Assembly (NCBI RefSeq): GCF_963506605.1
Contig: NC_083280.1
Coordinates: forward strand, 22,196,001-22,260,000
Direction: 5' to 3'
DNA from: Zootoca vivipara
Lineage: Eukaryota
Length of the DNA stretch: 64,000 bases
In this document: positions 52,316-64,000 of the stretch, in pieces
Layout of the letters: each line of letters begins with the position of its first letter
Position numbering within the stretch: position 1 is the stretch's first letter
Notes under the pieces: model-generated
Database searches by the model: none
What the model saw: the letters and a program-made list of their open reading frames with translations, nothing else
What the model was told of the DNA's origin: nothing
Translations under genes and position numbers: made by a program

Positions 52316-53838
52316 CTTAAAATATGTTTTCCTTGTTACGGTTTACACAAACAGCTTACCAGTTACTTCCTTTTCATGCCACTCTCTCTGCCAAGAGCAA
52401 TGGAAAAACAGGCATTCAAGGCTCAGGGAACAACAGTTTGCAGGACACCTGAGCTGCTGCTCGTCTCCAACACTTGGAGTTTGCTACCACAGACATAGAT
52501 TTTGGGCTGTCCTGAAGCCAAGTACAGCTTTCGGCCTGTAGGTATTCTTGTGACTTGTATGTTTATAGAATCTGCAATCTCTTGAGATTTCCGCAACAGA
52601 CTCACTCATTCTGTGTAAGGCCAGGTGGGAGAGGCTGGAGCTGATGCCTTGCTGTGCCTTTCTCAGAAATTGTGTGGATAATTCAGTGGTTAATTAATTT
52701 AAGGCCAGTGCTATGCAGGCTTACTGACAAACACAGGACTCTTGCTGGCTAGTGTTTGGTGTCTCCTGATGCTTCCTTCCTTGCAGTCTCCTGCCTCTCT
52801 CTCAATGATCTTTGATGAACAGCCTTTCCCTCCCAACACATGACATTCTCTCTGACCCAGATATTCAGCATATAAGGAAATTAGAGGCTCACTGCGCAGC
52901 TCAGCTTCAGTGTTTTCTCCAGTCCACAGAAGAATAGGACTGGAAATGAAAATCAAGTGTAAATGCATGGAAGCCGATACGCAAGTCAAAACAACAGTGT
53001 GAGATCCACACCAGACATTTTAAGCACGATGATACCACTTGGACAGTTATAGAGAACCCTTGGAACTGATTTAGGATGGATCATAATAGCTCAGAGGTAG
53101 AACATCTCCACCTGAGATTACTTATGCCAGCTCCAAGCTGTTATATAGAGAAAGCCCCATTGTGGGCCTCTCTGTTGAATGAATGAGTCTTGAGCCTCCA
53201 GAATGTCTAATACTGAACCCTAAGAGTGCATGGTGGTGGTGAAAGAACCACTCTACATCCATGGAACAATTCACGGGCATAGCTGAGGTGTTTGTGGCAG
53301 ACGTGCTCTTTCATTGGCAAAGCTCCGTCAATAGACAGGCACTTCCATACCCTCCTAACCAGCTCCAGTCACTGTTCTGAGGGTGTGGCCTAAGTAAAGT
53401 TAAGTGCTGCATCAGCTAGAAGACTCAACCACTAGGAAGTTCTGCTTTTTTTTCTTGCAAAGCTCCCTCTTCCAAACATTTTTTGCACCCTCTACATAAA
53501 GAAGATTGCTTAAGAGTGGTTTGTTGTATCTTGGTAGGCTGCATCTAACTCAATTAGGAACAAAGGTGTTCAGAGGACATGACATATCAGGTTATCAAGG
53601 CTTGAAGGAAAATATCACTGCCTTCCTCTTTACAGAAACATTGAGCTGCATCATACCGTCGGTGGTTGCTTAGATGAAAAATATTACTGAGGTTTTGAAG
53701 CTCACTTGCATAGCAGGTCTTTTCCCGAAACTTTGGTTTCACCCTCATCCGGGATTCAAATACTCTGTTTGCTGATTCAATCTGCATTCTACAGTCTGCT
53801 TTGTGAAATCCTAGGAGCCTGCTTACAGCGTTCTGAAC

Positions 53839-55414
53839 ATGAACATGAAATTGACTTATCTTCTTCTAGCTCTATGCACAGCCGTCATATTCATCTTGGT
53901 CTGGGCTTTCCAAAACAGAGGAGGGAAGGCCATGCTTTGTGACAGCCATCTCCAGGAGATGGGACTGGAAGAAAGAGGCCATGGAATCTACAGCCAGGTA
54001 TTTGCTGATTTAACTCCGGAAGAGATCATGGAAGTGAAGATCTACCTGCAATACAACCTGGGGGTGCCATTGGTAGAACCTCCTCAAGCCAAGCCATCGG
54101 ACAACTGCATTTATTCTATCACCCTTCAGCTTCCTCCCAAAGCTGAAGTGCTGCAATTCTTGGACCACCAAGGGACCAGGCCCTCGCGGCAAGCTCTGGC
54201 TGTACTCCATTTTGGAAACCAGGAGGACCCAAATGTCACAGAGTTTGTGGTAGGTCCTCTTCCAAAACCAATGTACCACCAAGATGTCACAGTGCAGAAG
54301 TATGGAGGGAAGTTGCCTTACTACAAAAGGTTTTTCTTAAACAATGAGTTCAAAGAAATCCTTAATTTCCTGAAGAACAAAGAATACCCCAAGGCTCCAA
54401 ACTTTATGCAGAAAGTACTATATTACAATGGAAGCAATCTCAGAAACTTCCGTGCATTACCACCTGGACTAAAATCAGGAGACCGGAGAATCTGGGTTGC
54501 TCATTTCCAGAATGTCCCTGGTAGTTACCTGCATCCAGTAGGATTTGAAGTCCATGTGGATCTCAGCAGCCTAGACGTTTCTCATTGGAAGGTGCTAAAA
54601 GTCTTCTATAATGGACAGTACTTTGAGGACATGGACGATATTGAGAGACAGTTCATTACGGGACATGTTAAAGTAGCCAAGGTCAAAAAGGCTCCTTTGG
54701 ATGGAGGCTATTCCTCACTGAAGCAGAGGGTTCCCCACCAGAGACTAGGCCCCTTGCACTATGAACCTCGTGGTCCCCGCTACCGCATCTGGAATAACCA
54801 GGTTTTCTTCATGTCCTGGAGTTTTGCCTTTGGCATAGATGCCAATAGGGGGCCACGTATCTTTGATGTAAGGTTTAAGGGTGAGAGGATAGTTTATGAG
54901 TTAAGCTTGCAAGATGCATCTGCCATCTATGGCTCCAACACTCCAGCGGCAATGTTGAACAGATTCATGGACCTAAGCATTGGCATTGGTTCAAGTGGCT
55001 CCACTCTCATCCAAGGTGTGGATTGTCCTTACCTGGCTACTTATTTGGACAGGCACTATTTTCTTGATTCCTCGTTGCCTGTCACTCGCAAAAACTCTAT
55101 CTGCATCTTTGAGCAGAATGCTGAGGTCCCTGTGCGACGCCATTATGACCGCTCAGAGCCTCCGTTTTACGGAGGGTTGGTCGATTCTGCTCTGGTCTTC
55201 AGGTCCATATCTACAGTTGGTAATTATGATTATATTTGGGATTTTATGTTTCATCAAAATGGAGCTGTTGGTGTTGCGATCCATGCAAGTGGGTACATTC
55301 AATCTGCTTTTTACTTTGGTGATGCCTTGGAATTTGGAAACAGAGTTGAAGAGTGGACATTGGGAACAATTCACACTCACAACATTAATTTCAAGGTGGA
55401 TATGGACATTGGTG
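53839..55414 (+). CDS. AOC3: AOC3/AOC2-like amine oxidase first coding exon, copy 3
   Basis: Intact and nearly identical to copy 2 (GPRIF vs GPHIF). Same donor. Confidence 0.9.
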
Positions 55415-57561
55415 GTAAGTCTATGCCTCTTTTGTAATTTTTATGGATTGCAGTGTTTTCTATTGCTGGTAAGTGGATGTCTCTTTTATGACTTTTCTGT
55501 GCCTGTTTGTGGCTTGCTTGCTTGCTGACAGCTTATAGCCCATACAGAAAGAATCATAGAATCATAGAATGGGGGACTTGGAAGTGACTCCAAGGGTCCT
55601 CTAGTCCAACCCCCTGTAATGCAGGAGCCAAAGCTATTTAATCCCTGACAAGTGGTCCTCCAACTTCTGTTTTAAAACCTTCAAGGAAGGAGAGCCCCCC
55701 AACTTTCAAGATGGTGCATTGAACTGTTGAACATCTACTCTCAAGAAATTCTTCCCATTGTTTATCCATAATCGCCTTTCCTGTAATTTGAATTCATTGG
55801 TTTGTTTCCTATCCTTTGGAGTACCAGAAAACAAGCTTTCTGCATCCTCCATGTGACAGCCCTTCAGATACTTTTAAGAAGGCTATCGTATCTTCTCTAT
55901 GTCTCCTTTCTTCCAGGGTAAACCTATCCAACTCCCTCAACCATTCCTCATAAGCCTTGGTTTCCAGACCCTTGATCATCTTCATTGCTCTGCTCTGCAC
56001 ACATTCCAGTTGTCAATGTCCTCCTTAAACTGTTGCTCCTTAAAATATGTTTTCCTTGTTACGGTTTACACAAACAGCTTACCAGTTACTTCCTTTTCAT
56101 GCCACTCTCTCTGCCAAGAGCAATGGAAAAACAGGCATTCAAGGCTCAGGGAACAACAGTTTGCAGGAAACCTGAGCTGCTGCTCGTCTCCAACACTTGG
56201 AGTTTGCTACCACAGACATAGATTTTGGGCTGTCCTGAAGCCAAGTACAGCTTTCGGCCTGTAGGTATTCTTGTGACTTGTATGTTTATAGAATCTGCAA
56301 TCTCTTGAGATTTCCGCAACAGACTCACTCATTCTGTGTAAGGCCAGGTGGGAGAGGCTGGAGCTGATGCCTTGCTGTGCCTTTCTCAGAAATTGTGTGG
56401 ATAATTCAGTGGTTAATTAATTTAAGGCCAGTGCTATGCAGGCTTACTGACAAACACAGGACTCTTGCTGGCTAGTGTTTGGTGTCTCCTGATGCTTCCT
56501 TCCTTGCAGTCTCCTGCCTCTCTCTCAATGATCTTTGATGAACAGCCTTTCCCTCCCAACACATGACATTCTCTCTGACCCAGATATTCAGCATATAAGG
56601 AAATTAGAGGCTCACTGCGCAGCTCAGCTTCAGTGTTTTCTCCAGTCCACAGAAGAATAGGACTGGAAATGAAAATCAAGTGTAAATGCATGGAAGCCGA
56701 TACGCAAGTCAAAACAACAGTGTGAGATCCACACCAGACATTTTAAGCACGATGATACCACTTGGACAGTTATAGAGAACCCTTGGAACTGATTTAGGAT
56801 GGATCATAATAGCTCAGAGGTAGAACATCTCCACCTGAGATTACTTATGCCAGCTCCAAGCTGTTATATAGAGAAAGCCCCATTGTGGGCCTCTCTGTTG
56901 AATGAATGAGTCTTGAGCCTCCAGAATGTCTAATACTGAACCCTAAGAGTGCATGGTGGTGGTGAAAGAACCACTCTACATCCATGGAACAATTCACGGG
57001 CATAGCTGAGGTGTTTGTGGCAGACGTGCTCTTTCATTGGCAAAGCTCCGTCAATAGACAGGCACTTCCATACCCTCCTAACCAGCTCCAGTCACTGTTC
57101 TGAGGGTGTGGCCTAAGTAAAGTTAAGTGCTGCATCAGCTAGAAGACTCAACCACTAGGAAGTTCTGCTTTTTTTTCTTGCAAAGCTCCCTCTTCCAAAC
57201 ATTTTTTGCACCCTCTACATAAAGAAGATTGCTTAAGAGTGGTTTGTTGTATCTTGGTAGGCTGCATCTAACTCAATTAGGAACAAAGGTGTTCAGAGGA
57301 CATGACATATCAGGTTATCAAGGCTTGAAGGAAAATATCACTGCCTTCCTCTTTACAGAAACATTGAGCTGCATCATACCGTCGGTGGTTGCTTAGATCA
57401 AAAATATTACTGAGGTTTTGAAGCTCACTTGCATAGCAGGTCTTTTCCCGAAACTTTGGTTTCACCCTCATCCGGGATTCAAATACTCTGTTTGCTGATT
57501 CAATCTGCATTCTACAGTCTGCTTTGTGAAATCCTAGGAGCCTGCTTACAGCGTTCTGAAC

Positions 57562-59137
57562 ATGAACATGAAACTGACTTATCTTCTTCTAGCTCTATGC
57601 ACAGCCGTCATATTCATCTTGGTCTGGGCTTTCCAAAACAGAGGAGGGAAGGCTATGGTTTGTGACAGCCATCTTCAGGAGATGGGACTGGAAGAAAGAG
57701 GCCATGGAATCTACAGCCAGGTATTTGCTGATTTAACTCCGGAAGAGATCATGGAAGTGAAGATCTACCTGCAATACAACCTGGGGGTGCCATTGGTAGA
57801 ACCTCCTCAAGCCAAGCCATCGGACAACTGCATTTATTCTATCACCCTTCAGCTTCCTCCCAAAGTTGAAGTGCTGCAATTCTTGGACCACCAAGGGACC
57901 AGGCCCTCGCGGCAAGCTCTGGCTGTACTCCATTTTGGAAACCAGGAGGACCCAAATGTCACAGAGTTTGTGGTAGGTCCTCTTCCAAAGCCAATGTACC
58001 ACCAAGATGTCACAGTGCAGAAGTATGGAAGGAAGTTGCCTTACTACAAAAGGTTTTTCTTAAACAATGAGTTCAAAGAAATCCTTAATTTCCTAAAGAA
58101 CAAAGAATACCCCAAGGCTCCAAACTTTATGCAGAAAGTACTATATTACAATGGAAGCAATCTCAGAAACTTCCGTGCATTACCACCTGGACTAAAATCA
58201 GGAGACCGGAGAATCTGGGTTGCTCATTTCCAGAATGTCCCTGGTAGTTACCTGCATCCAGTAGGATTTGAAGTCCATGTGGATCTCAGCAGCCTAGACG
58301 TTTCTCATTGGAAGGTGCTAAAAGTCTTCTATAATGGACAGTACTTTGAGGACATGGACGATATTGAGAGACAGTTCATTACGGGACATGTTAAAGTAGC
58401 CAAGGTCAAAAAGGCTCCTTTGGATGGAGGCTATTCCTCACTGAAGCAGAGGGTTCCCCACCAGAGACTAGGCCCCTTGCACTATGAACCTCGTGGTCCC
58501 CGCTACCGCATCTGGGATAACCAGGTTTTCTTCATGTCCTGGAGTTTTGCCTTTGGCATAGATGCCAATAGGGGGCCACACATCTTTGATGTAAGGTTTA
58601 AGGGTGAGAGGATAGTTTATGAGTTAAGCTTGCAAGATGCATCTGCCATCTATGGCTCCAACACTCCAGCGGCAATGTTGAACAGATTCATGGACCTAAG
58701 CATTGGCATTGGTTCAAGTGGCTCCACTCTCATCCAAGGTGTGGATTGTCCTTACCTGGCTACTTATTTGGACAGGCACTATTTTCTTGATTCCTCATTG
58801 CCTGTCACTCATAAAAACTCTATCTGCATCTTTGAGCAGAATGCTGAGGTCCCTGTGCGACGCCATTATGACCGCTCAGAGCCTCCGTTTTACGGAGGGT
58901 TGGTCGATTCTGCTCTGGTCTTCAGGTCCATATCTACAGTTGGTAATTATGATTATATTTGGGATTTCATGTTTCATCAAAATGGAGCTGTTGGTGTTGC
59001 GATCCATGCAAGTGGGTACATTCAATCTGCTTTTTACTTTGGTGATGCCTTGGAATTTGGAAACAGAGTTGAAGAGTGGACATTGGGAACAATTCACACT
59101 CACAACATTAATTTCAAGGTGGATATGGACATTGGTG
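57562..59137 (+). CDS. AOC3: AOC3/AOC2-like amine oxidase first coding exon, copy 4
   Basis: Intact, with private changes (AMVC, PKVEV, VTHKN). Same donor. Confidence 0.9.
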
Positions 59138-61277
59138 GTAAGTCTATGCCTCTTTTGTAATTTTTATGGATTGCAGTGTTTTCTATTGCTGGTAAGTGGA
59201 TGTCTCTTTTGTGACTTTTCTGTGCCTGTTTGTGGCTTGCTTGCTTGCTGACAACTTATAGCCCATACAGAAAGAATCATAGAATCATAGAATGGGGGAC
59301 TTGGAAGTGACTCCAAGGGTCCTCTAGTCCAACCCCCTGTAATGCAGGAGCCAAAGCTATTTAATCCCTGACAAGTGGTCCTCCAACTTTTGTTTTAAAA
59401 CCTTCAAGGAAGGAGAGCCCCCCAACTTTCAAGATGGTGCATTGAACTGTTGAACATCTACTCTCAAGAAATTCTTCCCATTGTTTAGCCATAATCGCCT
59501 TTCCTGTAATTTGAATTCATTGGTTTGTTTCCTATCCTTTGGAGTACCAGAAAACAAGCTTTCTGCATCCTCCATGTGACAGCCCTTCAGATACTTTTAA
59601 GAAGGCTATCGTATCTTCTCTATGTCTCCTTTCTTCCAGGGTAAACCTATCCAACTCCCTCAACCATTCCTCATAAGCCTTGGTTTCCAGACCCTTGATC
59701 ATCTTCATTGCTCTGCTCTGCACACATTCCAGTTGTCAATGTCCTCCTTAAACTGTTGCTCCTTCTTAAAATATGTTTTCCTTGTTACGGTTTACACGAA
59801 CAGCTTACCAGTTACTTCCTTTTCATGCCACTCTCTCTGCCAAGAGCAATGGAAAAACAGGCATTCAAGGCTCAGGGAACAACAGTTTGCAGGAAACCTG
59901 AGCTGCTGCTCGTCTCCAACACTTGGAGTTTGCTACCACAGACATAGATTTTGGGCTGTCCTGAAGCCAAGTACAGCTTTCGGCCTGTAGGTATTCTTGT
60001 GACTTGTATGTTTATAGAATCTGCAATCTCTTGAGATTTCAGCAACAGACTCACTCATTCTGTGTAAGGCCAGGTGGGAGAGGCTGGAGCTGATGCCTTG
60101 CTGTGCCTTTCTCAGAAATTGTGTGGATAATTCAGTGGTTAATTTAAGGCCAGTGCTATGCAGGCTTACTGACAAACACAGGACTCTTGCTGGCTAGTGT
60201 TTGGTGTCTCCTGGTGCTTCCTTCCTTGCAGTCTCCTGCCTCTCTCTCTATGATCTTTGATTAACAGCCTTTCCCTCCCAACACATGACATTCTCTCTGA
60301 CCTAGATATTCAGCATATAAGGAAATTAGAGGCTCACTGCGCAGCTCAGCTTCAGTGTTTTCTCCAGTCCACAGAAGAATAGGACTGGAAATGAAAATCA
60401 AGTGTAAATGCATGGAAGCCGATACGAAAACAACAGTGTGAGATCCACACCAGACATTTTAAGCACGATGATACCACTTGGACAGTTATAGAGAACCCTT
60501 GGAACTGATTTAGGATGGATCATAATAGCTCAGAGGTAGAACATCTCCACCTGAGATTACTTATGCCAGCTCCAAGCTGTTATATAGAGAAAGCCCCATT
60601 GTGGGCCTCTCTGTTGAATGAATGAGTCTTGAGCCTCCAGAATGTCTAATACTGAACCCTAAGAGTGCATGGTGGTGGTGAAAGAACCACTCTACATCCA
60701 TGGAACAATTCACGGGCATAGCTGAGGTGTTTGTGGCAGACGTGCTCTTTCATTGGCAAAGCTCCGTCAATAGACAGGCACTTCCATACCCTCCTAACCA
60801 GCTCCAGTTACTGTTCTGAGGGTGTGGCCTCAGAAAAGTTAAGTGCTGCATCAGCTAGAAGACTCAACCACTAGGAAGTTCTGCTTTTTTTTCTTGCAAA
60901 GCTTCCTCTTCCAAACATTTTTTGCACCCTCTACATAAAGAAGATTGCTTAAGAGTGGTTTGTTGTATCTCGGTAGGCTGCGTCTAACTCAATTAGGAAC
61001 AAAGGTGTTCAGAGGACATGACATATCAGGTTATCAAGGCTTGAAGGAAAATATCACTGCATTCCTATTTACAGAAACATTGAGCTGCATCATACCGTCG
61101 GTGGTTGCTTAGATCAAAAATATTACTGAGGTTTTGAAGCTCACTTGCATAGCAGGTCTTTTCCCGAAACTTTGGTTTCACCCTCATCCGGGATTCAAAT
61201 ACTCTGTTTGCTGATTCAATCTGCATTCTACAGTCTGCTTTGTGAAATCCTAGGAGCCTGCTTACAGCGTTCTGAAC

Positions 61278-62853
61278 ATGAACATGAAATTGACTTATCT
61301 TCTTCTAGCTCTATGCACAGCCGTCATATTCATCTTGGTTTGGGCTTTCCAAAACAGAGGAGGGAAGGCCATGCTTTGTGACAGCCATCTTCAGGAGATG
61401 GGACTGGAAGAAAGAGGCCATGGAATCTACAGCCAGGTATTTGCTGATTTAACTCCGGAAGAGATCATGGAAGTGAAGATCTACCTGCAATACAACCTGG
61501 GGGTGCCATTGGTAGAACCTCCTCAAGCCAAGCCATCGGACAACTGCATTTATTCTATCACCCTTCAGCTTCCTCCCAAAGCTGAAGTGCTGCAATTCTT
61601 GGACCACCAAGGGACCAGGCCCTCGCGGCAAGCTCTGGCTGTACTCCATTTTGGAAACCAGGAGGACCCAAATGTCACAGAGTTTGTGGTAGGCCCTCTT
61701 CCAAAACCAATGTACCACCAAGATGTCACAGTGCAGAAGTATGGAAGGAAGTTGCCTTACTACAAAAGGTTTTTCTTAAACAATGAGTTCAAAGAAATCC
61801 TTAATTTCCTGAAGAACAAAGAATACCCCAAGGCTCCAAACTTTATGCAGAAAGTACTATATTACAATGGAAGCAATCTCAGAAACTTCCGTGTGTTACC
61901 ACCTGGACTAAAATCAGGAGACCGGAAAATCTGGGTTGCTCATTTCCAGAATGTCCCTGGTAGTTACCTGCATCCAGTAGGATTTGAAGTCCATGTGGAT
62001 CTCAGCAGCCTAGACGTTTCTCATTGGAAGGTGCTAAAAGTCTTCTATAATGGACAGTACTTTGAGGACATGGACGATATTGAGAGACAGTTCATTACGG
62101 GACATGTTAAAGTAGCCAAGGTCAAAAAGGCTCCTTTGGATGGAGGCTATTCCTCACTGAAGCAGAGGGTTCCCCACCAGAGACTAGGCCCCTTGCACTA
62201 TGAACCTCGTGGTCCCCGCTACCGCATCTGGGATAACCAGGTTTTCTTCATGTCCTGGAGTTTTGCCTTTGGCATAGATGCCAATAGGGGGCCACACATC
62301 TTTGATGTAAGGTTTAAGGGTGAGAGGATAGTTTATGAGTTAAGCTTGCAAGATGCATCTGCCATCTATGGCTCCAACACTCCAGCGGCAATGTTGAACA
62401 GATTCATGGACCTAAGCATTGGCATTGGTTCAAGTGGCTCCACTCTCATCCAAGGTGTGGATTGTCCTTACCTGGCTACTTATTTGGACAGGCACTATTT
62501 TCTTGATTCCTCGTTGCCTGTCACTCGCAAAAACTCTATCTGCATCTTTGAGCAGAATGCTGAGGTCCCTGTGCGACGCCATTATGACCGCTCAGAGCCT
62601 CCGTTTTACGGAGGGTTGGTCGATTCTGCTCTGGTCTTCAGGTCCATATCTACAGTTGGTAATTATGATTATATTTGGGATTTTATGTTTCATCAAAATG
62701 GAGCTGTTGGTGTTGCGATCCATGCAAGTGGGTACATTCAATCTGCTTTTTACTTTGGCGATGCCTTGGAATTTGGAAACAGAGTTGAAGAGTGGACATT
62801 GGGAACAATTCACACTCACAACATTAATTTCAAGGTGGATATGGACATTGGTG
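61278..62853 (+). CDS. AOC3: AOC3/AOC2-like amine oxidase first coding exon, copy 5
   Basis: Intact, with changes FRVLP and DRKIW. Same donor. Confidence 0.9.
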
Positions 62854-64000
62854 GTAAGTCTATGCCTCTTTTGTAATTTTTATGGATTGCAGTGTTTTCT
62901 ATTGCTGGTAAGTGGATGTCTCTTTTGTGACTTTTCTGTGCCTGTTTGTGGCTTGCTTGCTGACAGCTTATAGCCCATACAGATAGAATCATGGAATGGG
63001 GGACTTGGAAGTGACTCCAAGGGTCCTCTAGTCCAACCCCCTGTACTGCAGGAGCCAAAGCTATTTAATCCCTGACAAGTGGTCCTCCAACTTCTGTTTT
63101 AAAACCTTCAAGGAAGGAGAGCTCACCAGCTTTCAAGATGGTGCATTGAACTGTTGAACATCTACTCTCAAGAAATTCTCCCCATTGTTTAGTCATGATC
63201 TCCTTTCCTGTAATTTGAATCCATTGGTTTGTTTCCTATCCTCTGAAGCACCAGAAAACAAGCTTTCTGCATCCTCCATGTGACAGCCTTTCAGATACTT
63301 GTAAGAAGGCTATCGTATCTTCTCTATGTCTCCTTTCTTCCAGGGTAAATATATCCAACTCCATCAACCATTCCCCATAAGCCTTGGTTTCCAGACCCTT
63401 GATCATCTTCATTGCTCTGCTCTGCACACATTCCAGTTGTCAATGTCCTCCTTAAACTGTTGCTCCTTCTTAAAATATGTTTTCCTTGTTACGGTTTACA
63501 CAAACAGCTTACCAGAAGTTACTTCCTTTTCATACCACTCTCTCTGCCAAGAGCAATGGAAAAACAGGCATTCAAGGCTCAGGGAACAATAGTTTGCAGG
63601 ACACCTGAGCTGCTGCTCGTCTCCAACACTTGGAGTTTGCTACCACAGACATAGATTTTGGGCTGTCCTGAAGCCAAGTACAGCTTTCGGCCTGTAGGTA
63701 TTCTTGTGACTTGTATGTTTATAGAATCTGCAATCTCTTGAGATTTCAGCAACAGACTCACTCATTCTGTGTAAGGCCAGGTGGGAGAGGCTGGAGCTGA
63801 TGCCTTGCTGTGCCTTTCTCAGAAATTGTGTGGATAATTCAGTGGTTAATTTAAGGCCAGTGATATGCAGGCTTACTGACCAACACAGGACTCTTGCTGG
63901 CTACTGTTTGGTGTCTCCTGATGCTTACTTCCTTGCAGTCTCCTGCCTCTCTCTCTATGATCTTTGATTAACAGCCTTTCCCTCCCAACACATGACATTC

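Larger units (their letters stand above)
48902..64000 (+). repeat. Tandem segmental duplication, ~3.72-kb unit (upstream region + AOC exon 1 + intron start with CR1 fragment); 4 full units plus the start of another
   Basis: The unit start cttgctgtgcctttctcagaaattg recurs at about 48902, 52648, 56371, 60097 and 63803. ATG spacings are 3723, 3723 and 3716 bp. Confidence 0.97.

Noticed and set aside
44584-62876. Treating the 532/535-aa ORFs as five complete intronless genes or retrocopies
   Set aside because: The terminal GKSMPLL is read-through of a GTAAGT donor. About 230 C-terminal residues, including the third Cu ligand, are missing, and there is no poly(A) or TSD.

Overview
Vertebrate genomic DNA, almost certainly from a squamate (lizard); the Sauria/Squam SINE forms suggest a lacertid, which is an inference. 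Bases 1-15.6 kb hold the 3' end of PLCH1 (phospholipase C eta 1, + strand): C2-domain exons, a 60-nt cassette exon, a candidate 29-nt stop-containing microexon (…VQI*) and the large last exon ending DDKPEIYFLLRL. Bases 16-44 kb are repeat-rich intergenic DNA: Sauria SINEs, CR1, L2, a 3.3-kb L1, solo LTRs, many hAT and Tc1/mariner MITEs, and a 135-N assembly gap. Bases 44.6-64 kb are the most striking part. They form a head-to-tail array of at least five intact copies of only the large first coding exon of an AOC3/AOC2-like copper amine oxidase. Each copy has its own ATG and membrane anchor and ends at an identical phase-1 donor (G|GTAAGT). No exons 2-4 are visible between the copies. This suggests a UGT1A/protocadherin-like locus with variable first exons and shared constant exons. 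Copy 1 differs from copies 2-5 mostly at substrate-channel residues. The array runs off the window end, so the constant exons are not visible and this model is unproven.
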